Of a DNA stretch of 33,000 bases, positions 10,500 to 22,530 are shown one piece after another (the stretch's first letter is position 1; the number at the start of each line of letters is the position of its first letter). Both the position numbers and the translations under genes were made by a program. The DNA is from Dicyema japonicum (taxonomy: Eukaryota; Animalia; Dicyemida): assembly GCA_011109175.1 (NCBI GenBank), contig RDEW01000019.1:619482-652481 (forward strand), written 5' to 3'. The notes under the pieces are model-generated. The model had not been told where the DNA came from and did not search any database. It worked only from the letters and a program-made list of their open reading frames with translations.

Positions 10500-10850
10500 A
10501 GTCGTACATAAGTTGCACGGACATTATTTACATTATTCCGTTTACTCTAGTTATACTGAGTCTTGTGGGTTTTTGTATTATGAGTTAGGATTAGACTTCC
10601 TTTATGGGGATGTCAAATATCCGATTTACCCATATAGATTCGTCTGGGTGTATTTGCGAAGTAGACAAAGGCTATGGATGCGACTATACGTTCGATAATA
10701 TCTCGTATTTTAGAGACAAGGAGAACATGGTACAACACAATTGTACCGAATGTTTTTCACAAGATCATTTTTTTTATTTGGTGTTTGTCCTGGCTTGACT
10801 ATTTTTAAGATAACGATTTCATGTTTGCGTAGAAAATTGCCTTTCTGAGT
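10500..10850 (+). pseudogene. Decayed 5' fragment of a choline transporter-like (CTL/SLC44) gene
   Basis: Ordered motifs across frameshifts: SCTDIIYIIPFTLVILSLVGF, GDVKYPIYP, DSSGCICEVD, HVCVENC, matching RxCTD..TM1..GDxxxLIYPxDSxGxxCG..VCVxxCP. Confidence 0.6.
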
Positions 10851-11389
10851 ACATGCCGGAGACATCAGATGATTTAGTAAAATTTAGGAAAATGAGTTTC
10901 TGTGTGGTTTGTTCTATTAATACTCAATATTAGTCTTCAAATGCCCCTTTATTTACCAAAAACCCTAGCCAGTTAATTTTGAATAATTTCATGTTTTACA
11001 AAATTGTATGCCACGCCATCACGTTTCTGTGAATGAAGAAGAAACAACACAGATTAAAGTGAAGAGGTTCTCGAAATATTAACGATGTCTTCAAGTAACA
11101 TTTTAATAAAATAACATAATTTCATAAAAAATTTGAGTATTTGAGAGGAATTGTGGATTTATCGGATAAAATACTGTCATCAGTTGTCTGAAAGTAGGTT
11201 CATAGAACTTGTTAATTTTAAGCTCTGTTTTTGATTCAACAATATGACCAAGTCGTTAAAACTTTAACTGATCCTTGGCCGTATTCAATTACAAAAAAAT
11301 TGTACAATTCGAAAAACTCAGCTTCTTAGATTTCTATTTGCTAGTTGCCAGTGTGTATAGTTCGTCGATAAAAACTCCGGACATGAAAC

Positions 11390-11650
11390 GCTTTCACGAG
11401 AGCCATAATATTTATAGCCCCGCATGTGCAGAAAAATATAGAGAAAGAGTTAGCTTGCTCCAAACTCATCTTTTCATAGTCAGATCCCTCAGTGTGTCCA
11501 GGTCGTCACCAGATGCCAATGTTTTCTTCACTACTTTCAGATCGTTTTGTAGAACGATCGGAAGGGTTGTTCTCGGTCTTCCACGAAAGCGTTTTACATT
11601 GGAGGAGTAGTAATCTCTCATTGCGATATTCGAAGGGATAGCGGGTCCAA
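11390..11650 (-). mobile_element. RTE-like LINE 3' end whose tail is shared with the SINE at 24674
   Basis: AMRDYYSSNVKRFRGRPRTTLPIVLQNDLK..DDLDTLR, then tgcacatgcggggctataaatattatggctctcgtgaaag. Confidence 0.8.
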
Positions 11651-11654
11651 AGAG

Positions 11655-11910
11655 TATTATTATTAGCACTTATCGCTATGTCATAGGACTTGACAAAGCA
11701 TGTGCAACACGAGTTAGCAAATCAATGGTTAGTTTCATCCACTTCCTCCTATTCAAAGCTGCAGTGCGCAACCAGTCAAGATCCTCTCCACTTCCAAGAT
11801 GCCGTATCATTTCTTTGAGGTCCTCATCGAGAACGACTGCCAGTGTCGTCCTTGAAACAAGGGGCCTCCAACATGAAGTAATCCTCCATGGCTACGTTCC
11901 AAAGAGTATT
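11655..11910 (-). mobile_element. Second RTE-like LINE 3' end with (TAA)n tail
   Basis: AMEDYF..RTTLAVVLDEDLKEMIRHLGSGEDLDWLRTAALNRRKWMKLT; tail gtgctaataataata. Confidence 0.8.
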
Positions 11911-12989
11911 CAAAATTTAAAATATTTAATTTAACTCATTTTAAAATTATAAATATTTTTGAAATTTTATTGGGATATTAAAATAAGGAATAATAATTTG
12001 AAAACTAAAATTAATTTATTCCTTTGATTTTAAAAGCATTCTTTTGACTATAATATTTTAGCAATATAATTAGATTTTTGGAGGAAGCACATTTTAAAAT
12101 CTTTACTTACCTGGTCGTGATTTACTGTTATCATTTAGGCAGTTTATCTATTGGATTGCCACCTATTGCACTGCAGGTCGCTTTCCAGTACGGACCGTTC
12201 CATACGGGCTGTCCTACGGCATATTTTTTCCGTGTGCTTTTGCGCATTTATAATTTTTATAATAAATTTATTCCTATTAAAGTGCACCTGATTATACTTC
12301 GACTGTAGTTTTTGAGATGTGTCTCAAAGTCATATAGTCTCGGAGATTTTCTTGGTGACCTTTTAAATAATTGACCCGATCTGACGTACTAGGTAGTCCT
12401 CTTGTGTGCCGAAGATCATGAGTTACTTGTTATTTTATATTTGAGCCTTTCTGTCAAGTAAATAATTCATACTCGTGACATAGTTTGCCTTGATGATCTC
12501 GTTATGATGTGCCTCAGCGCTTCAAGTTTATTTTGTTGATCTGGAGGCTTGCTGGAATCCGAAAAGGAGGTTTTTCAAGAGACGTTCATACGTTTAAATT
12601 ATACGTTCACCTTTATATACGAACGTTCCCATAACAGCGATCTTGTCCTACAAGGTGCGTGATGGCGGAGCACTGGGCGCTTACGTCCATAACATTATAC
12701 TTAAATTGTTTAAGATAGTAGTTTCGATAAGAAATGCAGCAGAAAAAAGGATGGAAAACTACCTGAAAAGAAATGCCACCATTGACTCGTATGTTGCAGT
12801 ACAGAATAAACGATAAGAGGAGGCCAAATAACTCCTTCTTTAATTTTTCCTTGCTAATAAAGTTGTTAAAGTTAAAGTTAAAATAATAAATTACTTTTGT
12901 GGTATCCTATAGATAATTATATTAATTAAATTAAAAAATAAATAATTATATTAATTGTCTTACTATGCACAGCGCAAACTGCCTCCATT

Positions 12990-13818
12990 TAAATGACATC
13001 TTCAGCTAATAAGAGAGGAAACTTAAGGAAAGACGGTTATTTAAAGAAAAATATGAACTACAGTACTTTTTTTACATGCAAAGATACATTTTTTAGCTTG
13101 CAACAACAGCATTGCCACACCAAGAGTACAGCTTAAAAACACATTATGAAACTAACCATCGCATGTTTTACAAAAATAGAGCAAGCCAATGTAGCTTCTG
13201 TTACTGCGAGCTATGAACTCAGCCGAATGGTCCCCATTGGTGACAAATCTTACATTGAAGGAGATTTATAAAGCATTGTATGGTAATAAAGCTGATATTA
13301 TGTGACAGTTATGTCAGAACATTCTATTAACCAGGAACACTGTCGCTGGACAGATTGATGATTACAGGATGATTTGAAACAACGGTTGAAGACTATATCA
13401 TCTAAATTTGTGAACACCTTTCTTTTGCTATTGATGATACCGTCGACATCACTGGAGTTTCAAAACTTGCAGTTTTTATCAGTGCCTGTGATAGGGCAGT
13501 AATACATTTCAGTCAGAAAGAGTGATTTTATAATTTTTTAAAAATGATATAAATTGCTATATTTCCAGAAAGTTGGTCTTTGATTATGAGAGGTAAATCC
13601 TGCAGGCAAAATGAAGACCTGTCAGAAACTTTACTTTGATAATAAATTGTTGTATTTGGCTAAGTGTTATAGTAATATAGTCGTTGTAGTAGGATTGCAA
13701 ATTATTAAATACACTTCAATAAGATTGCGGTGTTTTTCAGATTTGTTATTGTCGCCCGCTTGTATACTAAAATTATCTTATGCGGCCCCTGGAGCCTTTT
13801 GAGTTTGATATGCTTGCT
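12990..13818 (+). mobile_element. Decayed hAT (Charlie/SPIN-like) transposon: transposase remnant plus right end
   Basis: ASYELSRM..KSYIEGDF, LTRNTVAGQI, FAIDDTVDITGVSKLAVFI (cf. LSRNTVxRRI, LALDESTDITxxAQLAIFI). Terminus gcggcccctggagccttttgagtttgatatgcttg is followed by ctctaga. Confidence 0.8.
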
Positions 13819-13829
13819 CTAGATGACTG

Positions 13830-14770
13830 TCCGACGAGGACTCTACTGGAACGCGTCATTATCATGAGATTGGTATTTTGGTTTTATCTAAGATCTTTAT
13901 AATAAATTCGATCCAAGGAGTGTTTTGACAATGTTCAGTTTTCATTGGTCAACCGAATTTGATCAAGAATAACTTGGAAGAGTTTGTGGAGGAGATTAAA
14001 TCCTAATTAAGAGTTAAGAGGAATACAGAGATAGTCTTCTATTTGAGGTAAACCATTGTGTATGATTTTTCAAGACTTGTGTATAATAGGTTTCCCATAA
14101 CTCAGGTGGTCTGATAAATCCTGTAAGCGGGCAGCCGCAATGTGAACACACTGGTGTCTTGATGTGATGATTATATCGTCACAATACGCAAAAACCATCC
14201 TATCGGCGATGGTAATGGTAGGTATATTTTTCAGGAAAAGATTGTACAAAATAGATGAGATCCCTGTGGGACACCGTCTGGCAGAAATATAGTGACAGAT
14301 TTCATAGAACGTACACCTACCCTTCCACTTCGTCCGTTAAGGAAGTTTGCAATCAAAATTTTCAGTTTGTTAAGAATGTCAGAAATAAAGATCATTTTTG
14401 GTAATTTCCTCGGGAGTCAAAACCTTCTGTTTGCCAAAACATCATATTAGAAACTTTTGATTACAGGTTTGCATTTTAGTCCCTCGTTATAAATTTTGTT
14501 GGGGATGTGAGTTGTGTGGAGTTACCTTTCTTAAACCCATGTTGGAAAGATACAACGGGAAGTTAAGGTTTAATCTGTTAAAGAATGAGCTTTTCAAGTT
14601 TTTTTGAAAATAAAAACAGGACAGATAATTGTCTGGACGAAACCGATGAGTCCTTTGGCCGTCCGGGTTTCAAAATCGGCCGTATATTAGATAACTTCCA
14701 TATGGATGAGATAGAGTATACATGTGGATTGAAAAGGTGAAAATTGGGGGAGGGGCACAAAAAGGCCTAT
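13830..14770 (-). mobile_element. Decayed APE-type LINE reverse transcriptase fragment (I group, Ingi/Vingi-like)
   Basis: WKLSNIRPILKPGRP..KLEKLIL, QHGFK, GVPQGS, AYCDDIII motifs; many frameshifts. Confidence 0.85.
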
Positions 14771-14879
14771 ATTTTTCAGTACTATTTATTAAATTTTAGA
14801 AGAAATAAGTTGAGTTTTGATCTTGAATCATATCCCACATCCTTCACTGAGAAAACAATTGTAGTAATGTCTCTCTTGA

Positions 14880-15330
14880 GTTTGATAGATGAAAAGTAAG
14901 AACACCCAAAGTTTCCTGTGCAAGATAAAACACACGGAGGAATAATTCTTCATGACTTTGCTTAAGTTCTTGTTCTCCGGGTCATCACAGAGGACTCTCA
15001 GAGTTAAGAAACCACGAAACGTTTTCCACATCCAGCTTGCTCAGGGCAGACATGAGGTTATGCCAAAAACCACTCCTAAAAATCGTCTATATTTAATTTG
15101 AACGCGTCTCCGCAGAGGTTACTATATAGGCTTAAAAGAATTTGGACAATCGGCTTCGCCACTTTGCCACTTCTGCCTTTTAGATGACCAGCATACCGCC
15201 TCTTCTCTTGTCCGGGTCAGCATTCTAGTTCTGCGCTATACTAGATACATCTAACGAATATTTGTGAGAGCCCGCCCTTGGTGTAACATTCCTGTTATGC
15301 ACTTGTTTTTTCAATTGAAAAGACTACTAA
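14880..15330 (+). mobile_element. Probable I-group LINE 3' fragment (zinc-knuckle region)
   Basis: TRLRRGYY..PLCHFC..H resembles LxRLRxGH..CxxC..H; left boundary uncertain. Confidence 0.5.
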
Positions 15331-16129
15331 ATAAACAAAATTTCTTTTTAAGATTAAACTTATTTTTTAATAAATTATTATATTTTAAGAGGAAAATATT
15401 TTTAAATGAAATACGGTAATGTGGGCTTTTAATTAGATTTTAATGAATTATTAACCCCCAATCCGACATCACTTTTTTACATAATAATAATGTAATGTAT
15501 CTTTAAACGATATTTTCTACAGGTGAGAGGTAGAAATGATCTTTCTGCTATCAAAAACAAAGTTAGGGAGCACGAGGGACCACTCCCCCTGTTAGAAGAG
15601 GTAGGAATCAATAATTTAAATGTTAATTCAAAGAGATGAAATGTATGAGTCATAGTTATGTCTCATAACATTAAATTTTGAAGATGAAAACGTCTCCCGT
15701 TATGATCTTTTTCTACCATTCCCAATAATCCGTTAAATATATTTGTCGTCTCTAACCTTGAAACTCTTTTCAAATTTTCCGAGTTCTTCGTCAGGACAAC
15801 TTTGAGAACAATTCGAAAAGGTCGATGGTACTTCAAATCCAATTGGCTAATACCTCAGAGTACTGAATATAAATGTATCCATTACCCACGGTTGCAGAAG
15901 CAGAGACCATCCAATATCAGACACAAATCCATCCAGATTCGGAAGGAAGGGAAGAATACATTTAGTCTTTTCAGTTTTGGGAGCACATTCAGTGGAGCAA
16001 GGGAAAGCGAATAATCCTTTTCGTGTACCCAAGGAACAATCACCGGCTGAGACAAGAGAATCACACGAGTTCTCTTAGAACAAAAGAAGAGAAGGAACAG
16101 AAGCTATTATTGTTAATAAAGGAATGAAG

Positions 16130-16420
16130 CGAAGACATCCCACAATGGTGGATATCCATTTCCATTCCAATATATGTCTGAAGAGCCTCCATCTCAAATC
16201 AGTTATCTCGGACCGGGGATCAACATCATATAAAGCTTCCTCGTCATTTTCTTTGGCCAATTCAGTCCAGCAATGTCCTGAGCTCCCTTCAATTAAATGA
16301 GTTTATCTAGACTTGATTATCCTCGGACATCCCCCACGTTGACAAATTGTACAATAAAACTGGTTAAAAAGTGTCATATACCCTTAGCCGGAATAATCAC
16401 TTGATTGTGTTCTGTCACTC
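16130..16420 (-). mobile_element. RTE-like LINE fragment
   Basis: RLRVYDTF..PVLLYNLSTWG..EITDLRWRLFRHIL; same region as 9740-10345. Confidence 0.75.
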
Positions 16421-16879
16421 AAGTTCTTTTTTGTTTTTTAGAGCAGCTGTTGTGAAATAACAATCTCCTCACTGTCTCCATGTAAGGACCCAAACTTATT
16501 GGCCCTGTTCCATAGCTCATCCAATCTTCTTTGCATCCTTTTGATGAAATGAAATTATTACAAAAAACACTAAAATTGAGATTTATAAAACGAAATTAAG
16601 ACATGATCAGATAGTTCTGTAATTGATTAGTCGGAAGGTTGAGCCTTGATATAGCTCTAGTGCACTATGACATAGCTCTAGTGCAATAAATATCTTTGTC
16701 TTCTCTAGGTGGGTACAACCTCTCACCCCTCTTTTTAATCTACTCAGAAAACATCGAATACGCGAACTCTAGGAAATATGAATGCGTCGGATACAGTGAT
16801 GTCTGAGCTCGAATCATCATGGTCCAGATTGAAGAGAAATTGGAAGAGAACGTTTTTCGAACTTGCATACGTCATCGTT

Positions 16880-17600
16880 GGTAAGATAAATTGTTCATAA
16901 ATCGTGGCAAAGGTCTCTAAGTGTTTTTGAGACCACTTTTAAAATTTTCATTTTTTTCAAAGAAGTTGCTTTGTTCTCAACATGTCGGATAAAGGTGACT
17001 CCCAGAATCTTAGGTGTTTTGTTAATAGGAATAACCTCTTTTTTCATAAAGATTTTTGGTTCGATACAGAGCTGTCTTTTGTAAGTGATAAACTGCGTGA
17101 CAGAGGACTTTGTTGCTGATCTGTCGTGTCTCCGCTTCGAGAGCCATAGTTCCAGCTTGTCAAGCATTTGTTTGAGCGGACTGAGTCGCTGATTGAATAC
17201 TTATGTCCTTGAAAGCAAAAATGAAATCGTCGGCATAGGAGAGGATTAGGCAGTTTTCATTACAGGTTTGTGTCATGTCGTTTATGTTGAAGAGTTGGGA
17301 TAATTGTGAGGAGCCTTGAGGGACTCCATTTGGGAGGTAGCGAGATTTTGATTTGATGTTGTTGCAGAGTACTTGTGCTCGTCTTCAATTTAAGAAGTTT
17401 CCAAGCCAAAGTTTCAAGTTCGAATGAATGTTGGTTTCAAATATTTTCTCTGTAAAGAGTTTCCTAGGGACTTAGTCGAACGCTTTTGTGATGTCCATGG
17501 ATATAAGTACTGTCCTTTGATGGGGTATGGGGAGTTAAATACTTCCGCAATGAATTGTGTGAGGATTGTGAGGTACGTTGTGGTCGAATGCTTTTCGCTA
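16880..17600 (-). mobile_element. Decayed LINE reverse transcriptase fragment (I group, Ingi/Vingi-like)
   Basis: MDITKAFD, NGVPQGS, LSYADDFIF, LDKLELWL, TPKILGVTF motifs. Confidence 0.88.
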
Positions 17601-17711
17601 ACCTCTTATGAAAATGCACATTTTAATCAAAATTAATATTAATGATGAATAAAATAAAAATTTATCATTTAAATTATTAAAATGTTTTCTGTGCATAAAA
17701 TTAATTAATTT

Positions 17712-19810
17712 GTGGCGTAATGTGGTTCACCTTTTGTGGTGGCGCTCAGTGTAGTAATACACCAAAAAGAACCATTTGCTCTTCCCTATCCAGACTCTTT
17801 ATGCCTGGATGGTATACCTCAACTGGAAACTCGAGATGTTGTTTGTTCCCCTGGATTCTATTGCTTTCTGGAGAAATTGAACAAAACCATGGACCAAAAC
17901 CCCTTGTTATTATGCTAACGGAATAAAAACAAAGATTCTGGAGATACGATGTTTATTAACGAAGCACAAGATTGACATCTGCCTTTTCCAGGAGTCAAAA
18001 CTTACTACAAAGAGTACAACCCCACTTTGCCCTGGATACATCTCTATCAGAAAAGACCGCATTGGACATGGTGGCGGATTACTTACCATTATTATAAACG
18101 GTTTATCCCTCCACGATGTGAGCTCGCAAGTGGATGATTTAATTCTACACGAAAAGACCGCGGAACAAATTTCTATTTATCTAATTAATGGGTCAGAACA
18201 TTTTATTCTAATCAACATTTACATTCCACCGCCCAGATCCTGTCCTAATAACTATGTTCCGAAGCTCGACAAACTACAAGAAATTCGAAATGTGTTACTA
18301 TGTGGGGATTTCAACGCCAAACATCCGCAATGGCTCAGTACCCAGTTGGCAGACAAGAGGAGGAATCTAATTATCGACTCTCGAAAAAATGGTGATTTTG
18401 AATCACCCGAACATCTTCACAAGGACACCAGTCCGAAGTAATGGCAACCTTCCCCGACATATCCATTGCTTCCTCTATGATTGCCCCGAAGATTTCATGG
18501 AACGTCTCCTACGATTTTCATAGTGATCATAATCCGATTATATTAAAACTGAGCCGATTCAATAACTCACGTAGAATTAAAGCAATTTTTAAGGTCTACA
18601 AGAAAGCTGACTGATCAAATTTCAAGCTCTTCATTGACCATAACCTAATACATTTTGATCCCAGCTCATTTTGCTCCATCGAAAAAGCAGTGGACCATCT
18701 AAACCATGTAATCCTTCGAGCTGAAAAGTTGTTTGTACCACGTGCAGTTTACAAATCCTACAAGCCTACTCTAAACTCGGAGACTCGTCTCCTCGTCAAA
18801 CAAAGAAAGTCCCTGAAGATGAATCATCAGCAAATCTCTTTTGATTTGGAAAAAATAAATTGCTTAAATCAGAGAATTACAAAACTCATCAGAGAAAAGA
18901 AAAATAGGACGTGGAACCGCCTATTATCATCTATTGGACATATGAAATCCACGAGTCTTTTATGGAAAACTATTAGTCGAAAAACTTATCAGATGAATTC
19001 GATTACGTCAATTTTTAATTTGTCTTCTAACATGAACGTCATCCCATGAAAATGGAAGAACTCACTTATAATACCAATCTTAAAACGAGGAAAACCGAAA
19101 ACCTTACCTTCTTCCTACCGTCCAATTTCATTAACGTGCGCATTATCGCGCCTGATGGAGAAACTCGTACTCTGGAAAATTAAACCCCATTTGGCCGACT
19201 GCCACTTTCAACATGGTTTCAAATGTGAGCGTTCAACTACGACACATTGACTTCACTGTCTCAATTTATATCAGAATGGTTCAACGAACCGAAACACCAT
19301 CTACGGACAATAGTGGTCTCTCTGGACATCAGAAGGCGTTCGATTCTGTCTCGAGAACATTACTCACCAAAAAGGTTTTTGACATTATCATTCAGCCGCT
19401 TTGAAAAGATGGATACCCAATTTTCTCTCAGGAAAAAGAGGACGTGTCTGTATAGACCACGCAAGATCGAGGTCCTGTTTTTACTAAATGGCGTCTCTCA
19501 ATAATAGCCCAGCCTCTCTCTCCGGCGTTATTCAACATATTCCTCAACGTTTTACCTTGCCCTGGAGGACCAGATTCAATGCTTCTCACTTGCTGACGAC
19601 CTAATCATCGCTAGCAGGAACAAATACGTGGGTACAGCAAAATCAGAGCTTCAGTCACATATTGACGACCTGGGAGCCTGGTTGAAGTTGAATCGTCATT
19701 CCATATCCAGGTATAAATCAACGTATACAATCTTCACCACGGACAGTAAAGAAAAACATAGCCACACTCCCGACCATGTTGGAAGGACAAATGGGGTCGA
19801 CGCACGTACC
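17712..19810 (+). mobile_element. Ingi/Vingi-like non-LTR retrotransposon with intact 5' end (HDV-like fold, 2A-like peptide, APE, RT); internally deleted and 3'-truncated
   Basis: No ORF1. LLLSGEIEQNHGP at 17858-17896; APE motifs ANGI, CLFQESKL, RKDRIGHGGG, NIYIPP, GDFNAKH, SDHNP; RT motifs IPILKRGKP, YRPISLT, QHGF, KAFDSV, NGVSQ, ADDL. Frameshifted throughout. Confidence 0.88.
17714..17775 (+). ncRNA. HDV-ribozyme-like pseudoknot at the LINE 5' end
   Basis: P1 GGCGU(A) 17714-17719/GGCGCU 17741-17746 (first pair G.U); P2 GUGGUUC 17722-17728/GAACCAU 17769-17775; P3 ACC/GGU, L3 UUUUGU; P4 GUGUA/UACAC capped by GUAA (GNRA); J4/2 CAAAAA. Confidence 0.7.
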
Positions 19811-20479
19811 ATTTCTTAGCATAATAGGGTGATAATGCATGTCTTACAGGCCTTGTAGGTACATTTAGTTCTATTCCAAAAATATGAGGCCATTCATTGC
19901 TAATATAAAAATGAATCAATAACATGATATTTTCCAATCATATGCATTATCCAATTTTCTTAATTGCAACAAATCCCAACAACTTAGTTATATCGATTGA
20001 TTTTAATAGACAAATTTTTTTTAACAAGTTATGAAATTACTTATTTGATGTAATGTGTAATTTTAACAAGTCTAATAGCATCATATTCTTTGGATGAAGT
20101 ATAATTGCAATACTTACAATAAAAAAGAATTTTATGTGTGGAAACATCTTCTTTGGATGAATTCTTTGCACGTGTCGTTTAGTATTAAACGATGAAAGAT
20201 ATGTACAATTTATACAATTGTAGACTGTTTTTCTTTTGACTCTTCAATGCTTCCGTTATTTGTGTAACTTTCATCCCATTAAATGAATCTTCATTTGCAG
20301 AAAAATTCTTATCCACTGAACTCTGAAGTGGAGATCTAGTATTGATTTCGTTTTTTTCAAGACTATCCTGAAGATGCTCATAATTCACAGGGGACAATGT
20401 GTTGTTTTCTACAAAATAAAACTCCGATTAACCCAAAGTGTTAGCAAAAGACAGCTTATCTGAGCAATATATGTCTTTT

Positions 20480-21450
20480 TCAGAGTGGTTTCAAGAGTAG
20501 TAGGTATGCTAAGGTCGTCTGGAGGGTTTGGATATTTTCTCCTTAGTATCTCAAGAACAGTCGGGGACAGTGAAAGGACTGTATCATCCGAAGCAACCAC
20601 TTGCAAAGCTGGTCGGATATCACCTTCTAGAAGTTTTCGATTGACCCTCTCTTTGAGTTTGTCAGGATTGGGCGGTAGTTTGGCTGAGGGTTTACATATT
20701 GAAGTTGTGCTCGTAAATAGTCTATATTTTTCATTTTCGAAAAAATATTGAACTTAAGCATAAGGCTCAGTAGTCTCATCCAAGAAACTTCACATTTCGA
20801 TGTGAGTGCACCGTCGATGAGTGAAGGTAGAGATAAAGCGGCAGAAATCCTAACGGCCTTCGGAATCTTCAGAGGTATTTTCCTGGACTTTCCCAGACTG
20901 AATATTTTTAAGAGGACAGAGTTGGACTCAGAGATTGGATGGTCGAGAACAGGTCTGATTTGTTGGTAAGTTCTCTTCGGGGGTCCATTTTTTATGTACT
21001 TTGCGCAATCCCATAAAGAAAGAGCTTCCACGCAAGATTTACTAAACCATACGCAGCTCAAATGGTAGTAGTTGTCGCAACATGAGCATTTTATACCATA
21101 TTTCCTATCGTTCTTGTATCCGCATATTATGCATGTCAAGAAATGGCATCTTGGGACTAACTATTCATTCTTTTTTTTAAGCTCAGCTATCCGTAGTAGT
21201 ATCTTCTTGGATTTCTGCGAGTTAGAGAATTTAACAAGTTAATGTTCTGATTTGGTTTCCTGTTGCAAAGGAAGCATAGAGGCCTCCGTACGTGCACGGT
21301 GAAGATAGGGCTAGATTTCCCATGCATTCAGACAACTGCGGCAGTTCCAGTGAGGAAGGCATTCACTGTGACTTTAGTTATTCGTGCGCAGCTAATATAG
21401 AAGAATTCATTGCACGTAGAACAGCAAACACCCCACTTTCTAAAACACAA
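20480..21450 (-). mobile_element. 5' portion of a CRE-like retrotransposon ORF with two PHD-like fingers
   Basis: GVCCSTCNEFFYISC...WNCRSC (~21330-21440); CIICG..GIKCSCCDNYYHLSC..WDC (21000-21135); then KIPKAVRISAALSLPSLI and KLLEGDIRPALQVVASDDTV..LRRKYP, typical of CRE pre-RT regions. Confidence 0.75.
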
Positions 21451-21539
21451 GTAATTTTTTCAACTATTGACTTAGACTAAACAATTCAATGTAAATTATT
21501 TAATTAAGTGGAATTTAATCCAGATCACTGGTTATCTCT

Positions 21540-22530
21540 CACCTTCTCTTAGAAGAAGAGTGTGCCATCAACTCCCTCTTATTCCCCATCTTCTCATCAG
21601 AGTCAGTCGAAATATTTATGTTAGAGTTCAGTAGGATATTTTCGTGACATGCCTGTTGAACAAGTTGAGAGGTGTACTCTTCATCAGAATCCTTCATCCC
21701 GTGTCTGTGTTCAATTACCATGTTTCAGAGTCTTTTTACACAACTGACTGGATGTGAGTTTTCGTTGCTCTTTCAACAGATAGCTTATCCATATAGTTTT
21801 TTAAGCATTTCGAGACAATTCCATCCCAGGTCACAACCAGTGGGATAATCTTTATTTGAAAATCGTAGAGAAGCGAAAGCTCACTTGCGAGGAGGTTGTT
21901 TTTGTGACATTTTTTTCTACTCCCACGTGTTTTAAGCGATACTAAAATTTAATTCCCACTTCGATTAGCCTTATCTAACTCTTGATCTTGTATATACGAA
22001 ATATCTGGGATGTTGAACTGTACTTTTGTTTGAGTCAGAATCGACGTATCATCTCAGCATTCTGTGTTGGTAGAATTGACTGAACTGAATGGCCTTTCAA
22101 CTTTCTAGTCTTTTTGATTTCATATACTCTGCATAGATGAAGATGTAAGCATTTTACACTTCGTCGTGTCTTGTAACAAAATCACTGTTTAACATTCTAC
22201 CACACTAAGTGGTCAGGTGGTCAACAGTTTTTTTTAGCAATGCTTAATATCCCCGACGCTTTTGATAACCGCTGGAAGTTTCTTTGTCAACATTAGGTTC
22301 CTCCATGAATCTGAAGAGCACAGAATTTAATTTTTCCAATTAATTTTACCTAGGAATGATCTTCAGAATTCACGAACTCCTCAAACACATGCCGACTGCT
22401 TTTCAAGACTTTTATGGAACTGGAAGAGCATCAGTTCACTTTTGAAAGTAAGTTCTCTCCCAAAAATCTCCCTGTTTAAATATAACCTCTCTATTTGCAG
22501 GTTTGAGGTCTAACCTCAGGGTCGTAAGCT
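21540..22530 (-). mobile_element. R4/Dong-like non-LTR retrotransposon 3' fragment
   Basis: ERLYLNREIFGREL, TVDHL..C, TRHDEV..LHLHLC, PDIF, LIEVGI, LLASEL, IIPLVVTWDGIVS. Confidence 0.82.

Noticed and set aside
11150-11385. Gypsy-like RT fragment (LGHIV, minus strand)
   Set aside because: Single short motif with no convincing YxDD or LTRs.
16651-16685. Direct repeat atagctctagtgca x2
   Set aside because: Two units 7 nt apart; a local duplication, not an array.
19820-20400. hAT dimerisation-domain remnant (minus strand)
   Set aside because: Only vague resemblance; the conserved ERxFS motif is absent.
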